Source: Candidatus Multivorans sp. (GTDB lineage Bacteria; Acidobacteriota; Thermoanaerobaculia; Multivoradales; Multivoraceae). Taken from it: 64,000 bases of DNA. Under the pieces are notes generated by a model. That model saw only the letters and a list, made by a program, of their open reading frames with translations. It made no database searches and was not told where the DNA came from. The position numbers and the translations under genes are program-made. Positions 7,615-16,383 of this stretch are shown here, piece by piece. Positions within the stretch are counted from its first letter, which is position 1; each line of letters begins with the position of its first letter. The DNA lies in the NCBI GenBank assembly GCA_965224025.1, contig OZ245033.1:2016001-2080000 (forward strand), in the 5' to 3' direction.

Positions 7615-9315
7615 GTGACCGCCATCGAACTCCTGAACGCAGATCCCCTGCTAGCTGCCGCTCTGGACCGGCGCCGCCGCCAGTGGCGCGAGGCGGACGC
7701 TACAGTTCGCCTGTGGTCCGGCGACGGTTCGCTCTGGACGGATTCCGGCGAGGCGGAGTGGCTGGGTTGGCTCGACGTCGAGCGGCTCGGCCGCGTGTCG
7801 GTCTCGAAGCCTGACGGCGACCGCGTCGAGATGGCGGCTGCCGACCTTGCGGAGCATCTCGCCGGCCGACCCTTTGAACGCTGCCTGCTGCTCGGCATGG
7901 GCGGCTCGGCGCTCGGCGCGGACCTGCTCTGGCGGGCGCTGCCGCGCCGGGTCGATGCCGAGTACATCGTCCTCGACACGACGGATCCGCGGGAGATCGC
8001 GTCGGCTCTGGATGGTGTCGCGCCCGCGTCGTTGAAGGTCATCGCGGCGTCCAAGTCGGGCGGCACGATCGAAACGAGGCTGGCGTTCGAGCTGCTGCTC
8101 GACCGGCTGGGGCCGGCGGCTTCGTCGGCGGCGTTGGCGATCACGGATCCGGGCTCCGCGCTCGAAGAACGCGCCCGGGCCGCCGGTGCCGGGGTCGTCT
8201 TCGGCCACCCGGACATCGGCGGGCGGTTCTCCGTGCTGTCGGCGTTCGGCCTGGCGCCGGCGGCGGTAGCGGGCATCGACGTGGAGCCGCTTCTTGGGAG
8301 CGCGCGGGCGATGGCCGCGGCGTGCCGGCGCGGCGGAACGGATTCAGAGACGAACCCCGGGGTCGAGCTGGGGTTGCTGCTCGCGGCGGCGCACGACTGC
8401 GGCCGCGACAAGCTCTATCTTCATGCCCCGGCCAAGTGCGCGGCGATGGCCGCGTGGGTCGAGCAACTGATCGCCGAGTCCCTCGGAAAGGGCGACGTAC
8501 TGCTGTTGCCTGTCGCTGCGGCCGGCGTGCCGGCGGAGCCGAACCCGGACCGGCTCGACGTCGTGCTCGGAAACGTGAGTGGCAACGGTGCGCAGGCCTC
8601 GGCGCCGGTGCCTGACGGTCCGGTCGTCCGGATCGGCGCGGACCTTCCGGTCGACCTCGGCGGCGAGTTCTTCCGCTGGCAGTTCGCCACGGCCGTGGCC
8701 GGAGCACTGCTGGGCCTCAACCCCTTCGACCAGCCGGACGTGGAGTCGTCCAAGGTCGTCACCCGGCGCTACGTCGAGCGGATGAAGGCCGGCGATGCGC
8801 CGGCGCCCGGTGGCGTGGTCCGGCTGAGCGAGGTCAGCGAGCTAGGGCTCGCCCAGCTCCTGGGCACGCACCTCGGGACGTTCCCGGAGAGCGGCTACGC
8901 CGTCATCTCGGCCTATCTTGATCGCAGCGACCGCAACCGGGAGCTGCTCCAGACTCTGCGCCGGCGCGTCGCCGACGTCACAGGCGGCGCGTCCGTGCTC
9001 GGTTTCAGTCCGAGCTTCCTGCACTCGACGGGACAGGCGCACAAGGGCGGCCCCAACCGCGGTCTGTTCCTGCAGATCACCGCCGATCCGCCGGCTGCGG
9101 ACATCTCGGTTCCAGGCGTTGGCCTGACCTTCGGCCAGGTCCAGCTCGCCCAGGCCTGGGGCGACTACGAAGTGCTCGTCGAGCGGAAGCGTCGGGTGCT
9201 CGCCGTCCATCTCGACGGCGAGGTGGAGGAAGGGGTGCGGCGGTTGGTGACTGGGTGCGCCGGCGTCCCCGCCGGCTCGCCGCCGAAGGCGGCCAAGGAA
9301 ACGCGCCGGCCGTAA
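7615..9315 (+). CDS. Glucose-6-phosphate isomerase-like protein (PGI domain of Tal-PGI type)
   Basis: WLGWLD, LGMGGSALG, ASKSGGTIET, AITDPGS, IGGRFSVLS, EQLIAESLGK, NPFDQPDVE, HSTGQAHKGGP. Confidence 0.85.
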   Translation: MTAIELLNADPLLAAALDRRRRQWREADATVRLWSGDGSLWTDSGEAEWLGWLDVERLGRVSVSKPDGDRVEMAAADLAEHLAGRPFERCLLLGMGGSALGADLLWRALPRRVDAEYIVLDTTDPREIASALDGVAPASLKVIAASKSGGTIETRLAFELLLDRLGPAASSAALAITDPGSALEERARAAGAGVVFGHPDIGGRFSVLSAFGLAPAAVAGIDVEPLLGSARAMAAACRRGGTDSETNPGVELGLLLAAAHDCGRDKLYLHAPAKCAAMAAWVEQLIAESLGKGDVLLLPVAAAGVPAEPNPDRLDVVLGNVSGNGAQASAPVPDGPVVRIGADLPVDLGGEFFRWQFATAVAGALLGLNPFDQPDVESSKVVTRRYVERMKAGDAPAPGGVVRLSEVSELGLAQLLGTHLGTFPESGYAVISAYLDRSDRNRELLQTLRRRVADVTGGASVLGFSPSFLHSTGQAHKGGPNRGLFLQITADPPAADISVPGVGLTFGQVQLAQAWGDYEVLVERKRRVLAVHLDGEVEEGVRRLVTGCAGVPAGSPPKAAKETRRP

Positions 9316-9402
9316 GGCCGGCACTGCGAGCGGTCAGAGTGGAGCGAGGCTGGCGCCTCGCCGTTTCTTCTCAGAAGCCGGCGGGGACGCCGGCGCACCC
9401 AG
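9251..9402. repeat. REPIN-like unit: inverted pair of GCCGGCGGGGACGCCGGCGCACCCAG (9251-9276 minus, 9377-9402 plus)
   Basis: Exact inverted copies; internal hairpins shared with 31348-31470. Confidence 0.85.
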
Positions 9403-9654
9403 TGCGAGGCGCCGTGCCGAGAACCGGCGGGGACGCCGGCGCACCTGTACCTTTCTCGGGTGGATTCTGGTGGGTCGTTGAGAGAGGTGGAATCGACCAG
9501 TAGCCGTCGCGGCTGCGGTAGCTGTGGGAAACCGGCTTGCCGGTTTTCCAAGGTCCGGCGGGAAACGGTCTGCCGTTTTCCGCGGGACCGGCAGCTTCCG
9601 CAGCCGAGACCGCCGGTCGGTTGCGTCTCCGGCCTGCCGGAGTCACTGAAGGAA

Positions 9655-9811
9655 GGTCGGCAAGCAGCCAGGAGCGACCACCGGCGCACTGTGCTTCGAG
9701 CACCTGGCTGGGACCCGTGCCCTGGCTGCTTCGCCGCGTTGGACGCCCAGTGGAGAGTCAGTGCCTTAGAGCACCAGTACAGGTACGGGCAGGCAACGCG
9801 GCATGCCGACC
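9655..9811 (+). ncRNA. Putative IS110 bridge RNA core, copy 2
   Basis: Same stems and identical guide segments as 4866-5022. Confidence 0.85.
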
Positions 9812-9845
9812 AGGCAACACTACCGCAAGGGAGAAGGAGGACGAG

Positions 9846-11099
9846 ATGACCAGGACGTGGTTCGTCGGCGTGGACTGGGGGTCCGAGACCCACCACGTGT
9901 GTGTGCTGGATCGGGACGGCAAGGTGAGGGGGGAGCGGGCGTTCGACCACAGCGGCAAGGGACTTGCCGCCATGGCCGACTGGCTCCTTGGACATACCCG
10001 ACCGACGTCTCCGGACGAGATCGGCGTCGCCATCGAGGTGCCGCACGGACCGGTGGTCGAGACTCTCCTGGAGCGGGGCTTCGCCGTGCATTCGATCAAC
10101 CCCAAGCAGCTCGACCGCTTCAGGGACCGCTTCTCCGTCGCCGGCGCCAAGGATGACCGCCGCGATGCACGGGCGCTCGCCGCCGCGCTTCGCACCGACC
10201 CCGAGTGCCTGAACCGCGTGCAACCATCCGATGCAGCCATCGTGATGCTGCGCGAGGTGTCCCGCGGCCGCAAGCAGTTGGTCGGCCAGAAGAACCGCCT
10301 GGAGAACCAAGTCCGCGACCAGATCTGGCGCTACTACCCGCAGTTTCTCGCCGTGGTCAAGAACGAGGTGTCGGCGCCCTTCGCGCTGGCCTTGTGGCGA
10401 CTGGCGCCGACCCCCGGCAAGGCTCGACGGCTGCGCGAAGCCACGCTCGCCAAACTGCTCAAGGAACACCGCATCCGGCGCCTGACTGCCGCCCAACTGC
10501 GCGATCAACTGCGGGCCGAGCCGATCGCCGTTTCCCCGGACACCGTTAAGGCCGCCGTCGAACACATAGGACTCCTCCGGCCGGTGCTCGACACCGTCTG
10601 CCGCCAACTCGCCGACGCCGACAAGCGGCTGGAGCGGATGACCCGCGCACTCGAGGCCCCGGCCCAACGGGAAAACGACGACGACTCCCCTAAGCCGAGC
10701 GACGCCGCCATCCTCAGGTCGCTGCCCGGACTCGGCAAGGTCGGCCTCGCCACCCTGCTCTCCGAGGCCGATCAAAGCCTGGGCCGCAGAGACCACGAGG
10801 CACTGCGTTGCCTCTGCGGAGTGGCGCCGGTGACCGTCAAGTCCGGCAAGAAGCTCATCGTCATGCGACGACTCGCCGCCAACGAACACCTCAGCGACGC
10901 CGTCTATCACTGGGGACGAGTCGCCATCCAGCACGACCCGATCAGCCGCGCCAAGTACGACGCCATGAAAGCCCAGGGAAAGACGCACGGACGCGCCATC
11001 AGACAACTCGTCGACCGACTCCTCGGCGTCGCCTGCGCCATGCTCCGAGACCGAACTCTCTTCGACCCCAACAAGCGATGCCATGCCCAGGTCGCATGA
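9846..11099 (+). CDS. IS110 family transposase/bridge recombinase (intact, 417 aa)
   Basis: AAGGAGG RBS; DEDD RuvC-like motifs, coiled-coil linker, C-terminal Tnp domain with VAPVTVKSGK. Confidence 0.95.
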   Translation: MTRTWFVGVDWGSETHHVCVLDRDGKVRGERAFDHSGKGLAAMADWLLGHTRPTSPDEIGVAIEVPHGPVVETLLERGFAVHSINPKQLDRFRDRFSVAGAKDDRRDARALAAALRTDPECLNRVQPSDAAIVMLREVSRGRKQLVGQKNRLENQVRDQIWRYYPQFLAVVKNEVSAPFALALWRLAPTPGKARRLREATLAKLLKEHRIRRLTAAQLRDQLRAEPIAVSPDTVKAAVEHIGLLRPVLDTVCRQLADADKRLERMTRALEAPAQRENDDDSPKPSDAAILRSLPGLGKVGLATLLSEADQSLGRRDHEALRCLCGVAPVTVKSGKKLIVMRRLAANEHLSDAVYHWGRVAIQHDPISRAKYDAMKAQGKTHGRAIRQLVDRLLGVACAMLRDRTLFDPNKRCHAQVA

Positions 11100-11162
11100 C
11101 CTCCCTGACCCGCAGCAGCCTCCCCAAAACACACTTGCTAAAGGGTGGAGAGTCCCGGTGGG

Positions 11163-11426
11163 CTAGCGCCGGCCCCGCCGCCCGCTCGCCGGCTTGCCCA
11201 TCAGCTCGTCGAGCCCGACGTTGAACTCCGCGACGATCCGTATCAGCACGTCCAGGCTGACCCGGAGTTCGTCCCGCTCGATCCGTGACAGGTCGGACGG
11301 CGGAATGCCGACGCGCTCCGCCAGCGCGGGCTGCGTCAGCTTGTTCTTGCGCCGCAGCCGCCGGATCCGATGACCCATGAGCTGGACCTGTTGTGCGGGT
11401 GCTTCCTTGTTCATCGCCTGCGCCAT
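11163..11426 (-). CDS. XRE-family HTH transcriptional regulator
   Basis: GHRIRRLRRKNKLTQPALAERVGI..SDLSRIER; start uncertain. Confidence 0.8.
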   Translation of the reverse strand: MAQAMNKEAPAQQVQLMGHRIRRLRRKNKLTQPALAERVGIPPSDLSRIERDELRVSLDVLIRIVAEFNVGLDELMGKPASGRRGRR

Positions 11427-11583
11427 TCGAGAGTCCGGCAATTCTAGGAGCTTGCGCCGCAGAACGCTACGGGTGAGTTCGCGGCGCAAGCTCCTGGAAG
11501 CGGACGGGATGGGCCGAAACACCGAGCCTGCGAGGGGTTTCGGGGCGGTAGCGGTGCAGGCGGTTCAGGATGTCGACCTGAGA

Positions 11584-12315
11584 TCAGATCGACGTCTTGA
11601 GATTCTCATTGGCGGCGATTTGCGCGCCCCTTGCCTTGTAGCGTTCCCGGCGCTCCTTGCTGAAGCTGTCGACTTCGTCCTTCGGCACGCCGTAGGCGAC
11701 TCCCCGATCCACGCCCGGGCGCGCGCGAACGCGTTTGAGCCAGTCCACGACGGAGGGCTGGGTCGTGATGTCGACCTTGGCCCACTTGTACGCCCGGATC
11801 CACGGGAACGCCGCGATGTCGGCAACCGTGAACGTGTCCCCACAGATGTAGGGGTGCTTCTCGAACCGGCGGCCGAGAATCGCCACCAGCCGAAGCGACT
11901 CCTTGCCGAATCGTTCCAGCGGGTGGGCCTTCTCCTCATCGGGCACGTTGATGTAGCGCGTGTAGCTCAGTTTGTTGCCGAACGCCGGGCCGAGATTTGC
12001 GGCTTGCCAGTAGAGCCAGGGAAGCACGTCCCAGCGTCGCTCGTCGGTCGGGTAGAGCGGGGTCGGGAACTTCTCCCCCAGGTACTGCAGGATGGCGCAG
12101 CTCTCCATGACGGCGCGACCGTCGTCCACCAGGGCCGGCATCTTCTGGTTGGGGTTGATCGCGGTGAATTCGGGGGTGAACTGGTCGCCGGCCGAGAGAT
12201 CGACCATGTGGATGCGCGTCTCGGGCAGTTCGACCCCCGCCTCGCGCAGCTCCTCGAGCATGATCGAGATCTTCCACCCGTTGGGCGTCGCGCTGAAGTA
12301 GACGTCAAGAGCCAT
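11584..12315 (-). CDS. Glutathione S-transferase, YfcG/YghU-like (Nu class)
   Basis: TPNGWKISIMLEE, INPNQKMPALVD, ESCAILQYL, TVADIAAFPW. Confidence 0.9.
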   Translation of the reverse strand: MALDVYFSATPNGWKISIMLEELREAGVELPETRIHMVDLSAGDQFTPEFTAINPNQKMPALVDDGRAVMESCAILQYLGEKFPTPLYPTDERRWDVLPWLYWQAANLGPAFGNKLSYTRYINVPDEEKAHPLERFGKESLRLVAILGRRFEKHPYICGDTFTVADIAAFPWIRAYKWAKVDITTQPSVVDWLKRVRARPGVDRGVAYGVPKDEVDSFSKERRERYKARGAQIAANENLKTSI

Positions 12316-12997
12316 CTGGCGCCGCCTCCGCGAGACCGGCGAGGACGGCGTCGATGCCTTCGCCCCTCAGGCCCTGCTTCATTGCCGAGAACGCATTCGC
12401 GTCGAGTTCGGCCAACTGGGCGGCGCGCTCGAGAGCGGCATCGCGCAGCCCGCCGGCCGGCGCGACGGCGTCGACGAAACCGGCATCGCGCGCACCCCCG
12501 GCGTCGTACATCTTCGCGGTCAGGGCGGCCTGCGTCAGAGCGCGTTTGGAGAGCCGCTCCCTGGCCAGCAGCCAGGCGAACGGCGGCAGCGTTCTGCCGA
12601 TCGCGACCTCGTTCAGCCCGAACCGGAAGGCGCCGTCCGCCGCGAGACGATGGTCGCCGGTGAGCACACAGAGCGCGCCGAGCGCGATGGCGTGTCCGCT
12701 GGCCGCGACCACCAGGGGCTGGGGCAATCCGTACAGGCGCATCATCAGACGGGCTCCGGCGACTCCCATGGCGCGGGCCTCCTCCGGGCCTCCATCGCGA
12801 AACACGTTGAGGTCGAACCCGCCGGAAAACACGCCGGGCCGGCCGGTCAGCACGACGGCCCGGGCTTCGTCCGCGGCACGGTCGAGCATGGCGTTGACCG
12901 CGGCGATCATCGGCGGTCCGAAGACGTTGGCCTTGCAGTCGTCCATGGTGACCAGGGCCACGTCGCCAACCTGTTCGTAGGTGGTCCGTTCCGTCAT
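12305..12997 (-). CDS. Crotonase/enoyl-CoA hydratase family protein
   Basis: FSGGFDL, GHAIALGA, GLNEVAIG; start MTERTTYEQ at 12997. Confidence 0.88.
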   Translation of the reverse strand: MTERTTYEQVGDVALVTMDDCKANVFGPPMIAAVNAMLDRAADEARAVVLTGRPGVFSGGFDLNVFRDGGPEEARAMGVAGARLMMRLYGLPQPLVVAASGHAIALGALCVLTGDHRLAADGAFRFGLNEVAIGRTLPPFAWLLARERLSKRALTQAALTAKMYDAGGARDAGFVDAVAPAGGLRDAALERAAQLAELDANAFSAMKQGLRGEGIDAVLAGLAEAAPDGS

Positions 12998-13047
12998 GAA
13001 TGAGCTCCTTTGGCACCGTCTCTCGCGGCCTCGTTCGTCATCGCTCG

Positions 13048-14211
13048 TTAGTTTGTCACCTTGATCTCGCGGATTTTCTTGAGCGGGACCGCGGTGATCT
13101 TCTCCTTCAGCGGATACTCGAGGTCGCCCGGGTAGACCACCCAGAGATGTTGGAGACCGAGGTCCTCGATGACCGTGTGCATCGACCTGGTCGTCCTGGG
13201 TGCGTCCGCGCACTTGAACTCGAATCCCCAGCGCCTGCCGCCGCGAAGTAGCATGAGGTCCAGTTCGGCGCCTCGGTGGGTGCCCCAGAAGTACGCCTGG
13301 CGCGCACCGAACGCGATCAACGTCTGTTCCAGGGCGAAACCCTCCCAGCTTGGGCCGTAGGCGGGGTGGCGGACGAGGTCGACCATGGACTCCAGCCCCA
13401 GCAGATAGTGGAGGATGCCGGAGTCGCGGATGTAGACCTTGGGCGCCTTGACGACGCGCTTGCCGACGTTCTCGAACCACGGTGGCAGCACCCGGATCAT
13501 GAACGTCCCGGCGAGCAGGTCGCGGTAGTGGTTCACCGACTTGGCGCCGACTCCCATCGAGCGGCTGAGCGCCGATGCGTTCCAGGTCTGCGAGTGGACA
13601 TGCGCCAGCATGGTCCAGAACCGGCCGAGCGCCTCCGGCGACACCCTCGACCCGAGTCCCGGCACGTCGCGCTCCAGGAACGTGCGGGCAAAGGACTCTA
13701 TCCAGAGAGTGCAGGCCGCATCCGACTCGGCCAAGTAGGCCAGGGGGAACCCGCCGCGCACCCACAGGCGGTCCTGGTTCCCGGTTCCCACTTCGTCGAG
13801 CGAGAAGCCGCTCACGTCGACGAACGAGATGCGCCCCGCCAGGGTCTCGGAGACTCCCCGGATCAGGTCCCAGGAGGCGCTGCCCAGGAGCAGGAAGACG
13901 GCCTTCCGCTCAGGGTCGTCGCAGATCGGACGGAGGATCTCGAACAGCTCCGGTACGCGTTGCACCTCGTCGATCACGACCAGCCCCTCGCCGCCTCGAA
14001 GCAGCCGCTCCGGAGTCGTGCGGAACGCCTCGCGAACCGCTGGCACCTCCAGGTCGTAGACCGTGGCGGGCCCTTCCCACGCCGCCACGATCTGCTGGGC
14101 GAGCGTCGTCTTCCCGACCTGCCGGGCGCCCAGGAGAGCGGTGACCGGTGACTGGGAGAGTCGCCAGAGAGTTGCGTCGAGCAGGCGCTGTCGGGCGGTA
14201 GATTGTCGCAT
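13048..14211 (-). CDS. AAA_14 ATPase with DUF4143 C-terminal domain
   Basis: GARQVGKTT, IDEVQR, LLGSAS, ETLAGR, RGGFP, KAPKVYIRDSG, ELDL...FEFK. Confidence 0.9.
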   Translation of the reverse strand: MRQSTARQRLLDATLWRLSQSPVTALLGARQVGKTTLAQQIVAAWEGPATVYDLEVPAVREAFRTTPERLLRGGEGLVVIDEVQRVPELFEILRPICDDPERKAVFLLLGSASWDLIRGVSETLAGRISFVDVSGFSLDEVGTGNQDRLWVRGGFPLAYLAESDAACTLWIESFARTFLERDVPGLGSRVSPEALGRFWTMLAHVHSQTWNASALSRSMGVGAKSVNHYRDLLAGTFMIRVLPPWFENVGKRVVKAPKVYIRDSGILHYLLGLESMVDLVRHPAYGPSWEGFALEQTLIAFGARQAYFWGTHRGAELDLMLLRGGRRWGFEFKCADAPRTTRSMHTVIEDLGLQHLWVVYPGDLEYPLKEKITAVPLKKIREIKVTN

Positions 14212-14242
14212 ATTCACCCTCAGAGGTGAGATTTACGACAAT
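14202..14242. promoter_or_regulatory. 41-bp imperfect palindrome ATTGTCG-N27-CGACAAT overlapping the ATPase start
   Basis: Second copy with the same length and arms at 14596-14636. Confidence 0.55.
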
Positions 14243-14270
14243 AAACGGGTTTGGCGAGCTTGTCCAGCCC

Positions 14271-14489
14271 CTAGACAGGTGCCTCGGCTTCGTGGCCCGC
14301 TAGCGCGCCTTGGGGAAACGTCTCCACGACGAGGAGCAGTTCGTCAGCCGTCAGGCGGCGCGTGCCGCTCTCGATGGCCGAGACGGTCTGGCGGTCCTTG
14401 AAGCCGAAGACGCGGGCAAGGTCTTCCTGCGTGAGGTCGTGCTGCTCGCGCAGCGCCTTGATGCGGGTGCCGATCGGTGATGTGGGCAT
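14271..14489 (-). pseudogene. XRE HTH protein, probably the truncated N-terminus of an XRE-ImmA/IrrE fusion
   Basis: IGTRIKALREQHDLTQEDLARVFGFKDRQTVSAIESG followed by an unrelated short tail. Confidence 0.6.
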
Positions 14490-14595
14490 GGTGTCGGCCG
14501 CTCCTTGCCGAGTCGAAGTTGAGCGGCGCCAGGGTATCTCTTGCGGAATGGGATATGCAAGAAAAGACTGCGATCAGAGGTCGCGACGACCGACC

Positions 14596-14636
14596 ATTGT
14601 CGTAAATCCGCCCACAGACGGGAGATTTACGACAAT
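14596..14636. promoter_or_regulatory. 41-bp palindrome ATTGTCGTAAATC...GATTTACGACAAT
   Basis: 13-bp perfect arms; related to 14202-14242. Confidence 0.55.
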
Positions 14637-14719
14637 TCCAGCCGCTCACGGTTGTCCGGCGACGCCCCGGGAGTGCCCTCAGGGGTTGCCGGAGAAACCT
14701 GGAGCGACAGGCAGGGAGC

Positions 14720-15916
14720 TCACATCGTCCGGGCGACGATCCACGTTCCCGCGACGAACGTAGCCAGCACGCTGCCCAGGTTGCACAGGACGACGACGAG
14801 GAGGATGCGAGTGAGGCGGTTGTTCCAGAAGCCGCGGACGGAACTCAGGCTGTCGGCGAGGTTCTCCAGGTCGGCAACCAGGGGCTTGCGGAGCAGAGCC
14901 TGGACGAGTCCCGCGACCCAGCCGGCCGCCATCAGGGGATTCAGGCTGGTCAGGGGCGCGGCGGCGAAGGCGGACAGGATCGTCACCGGGTGGGCGAGGG
15001 CGATGGCGGCGCCGAGGGCGGCCAGACCGCCGTTGAGCCCGACCCAGATGTAGACCGATTCGACGGTGCGCTCCCGGTCGCCCCAAACGAGGCCGTAGGC
15101 GAACAGCGCGACGATCAGGATCGGCACGAGCCACGCGACGACACGCGGCCACACTGGCGGGTCGGGCACCAATTCGAGTTCCTCCAGGTCGCATTCGGAG
15201 TCGGCGAGGCCGGCGATGCCGGGCAGGTGCCCGGCACCGACCACGGCCACCGTGCGCGGGCCAGCCGACTGGCGCAGCTTCTCGGCCATGTAGGCGTCCC
15301 GCTCGTCGATCAGGGTTTCCTTGACGCTCGGCAGTGCCTCGGCGAGGGCGGACATCAGGTCGGTCAGGTTGCCGCTGTCGCGGAGCTGCTCGATGTCCTC
15401 TTCCTTCAGGTCGTCGCCGACGAAGGCGCTGCCGGCCAACTGGGTCATCACCTTCGTTCGCTGCCAGAAGCCGAGCGAGTACCAGGTGCGCTTCAGCGAG
15501 ATCTGGATGTCGCGGTCGATCAGTTCGAGGCGGGCGCCGCGCTCGCGGGCCCGGGCGATCGCCTCGCGCATCTCGGCGCCGGGCTCGATGCCGAAACGCT
15601 GGGCGATTCGCCGCTGGAAGGAGTGCATCAGGAACGAACTGAGCAGCAGCGCCGCCTTGCCCTCGCGCAGTACCTGGAAGATGTCCAGCTTGCGCCAGGA
15701 ATCCTGGTTCTCCAGGTTCTGGTAGCGGGCCTCGCAGAGCTCGACGCACACCGTGTCGGGTTCGAGCGCCTCGATCGCTTCCTTCGTGTCCCGAACGCTC
15801 TGGGGTGAGACGTGCGCGGTGCCGACCAGGAAGACTTCCCGGTCGTCGAGTTCGAGTCGTTGCACGGAGGCGGGCAGATCGGAGGGCGCCGGTTGGCTGG
15901 CGGCTTCGGTCGTCAT
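14720..15916 (-). CDS. TraB/GumN (pheromone-shutdown TraB-like) protein
   Basis: LVGTAHVS, VCVELC..R, PGAEM, DRDIQISLKR, LIDERD, VVGAGH, C-terminal transmembrane helices. Confidence 0.92.
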   Translation of the reverse strand: MTTEAASQPAPSDLPASVQRLELDDREVFLVGTAHVSPQSVRDTKEAIEALEPDTVCVELCEARYQNLENQDSWRKLDIFQVLREGKAALLLSSFLMHSFQRRIAQRFGIEPGAEMREAIARARERGARLELIDRDIQISLKRTWYSLGFWQRTKVMTQLAGSAFVGDDLKEEDIEQLRDSGNLTDLMSALAEALPSVKETLIDERDAYMAEKLRQSAGPRTVAVVGAGHLPGIAGLADSECDLEELELVPDPPVWPRVVAWLVPILIVALFAYGLVWGDRERTVESVYIWVGLNGGLAALGAAIALAHPVTILSAFAAAPLTSLNPLMAAGWVAGLVQALLRKPLVADLENLADSLSSVRGFWNNRLTRILLVVVLCNLGSVLATFVAGTWIVARTM

Positions 15917-16029
15917 GGCAGCGCGGAGCGTAGCCCAGGTGCGCCGGCACCGTGGCGTCCGCGCGCCCGAAGACGGCCACGCGGGTCAGCTAGCATGTCA
16001 AGTTGGTCTCTTGAAGAGGGAGGTTCAAG

Positions 16030-16383
16030 ATGCAGTTGACGACGATTCGCCTCGCCACGGTGCTGGTAGCGGCGGTCATCCTGGCTGCGTGCGCCGCGCC
16101 AGACGCTGACGCCCCCGCGGAGGATGCCGGCGCCGGTCCGCCAGAAACCGGAGTCGGCACACCCAACATCGTGCTCATCCTCGCCGACGATCTCGGCTAC
16201 GCCGATATCGGCATCTACGGCAGCGAGGTGATCTCGACCCCGAACATCGACGCGCTGGCGGCGAGCGGCGTTCTCTTCAAGGCGGGTTACGTCAGCCATC
16301 CGGTATGCAGCCCGTCGCGGGCGGGGCTGATTACGGGGCGGTGGACGCTGAGCGCGGCCCTGCCGACGCTCCAGGTGCTGTGA
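16030..16383 (+). pseudogene. Truncated lipoprotein sulfatase (N-terminus only)
   Basis: Lipobox [28 protein letters not shown], then unrelated tail and stop. Confidence 0.8.

Larger units (their letters stand above)
9444..11155 (+). mobile_element. IS110-family insertion sequence, copy 2 (CC core at 9444-9445 and 11154-11155)
   Basis: Inserted in REP CCGGCGGGGACGCCGGCGCACC|CGG; 1712 bp versus 1714 bp for copy 1. Confidence 0.93.

Noticed and set aside
9537-9845. 103-aa N-terminal extension of the IS110 transposase
   Set aside because: Overlaps the bridge RNA; a strong RBS precedes ATG 9846, and the DEDD domain starts there.
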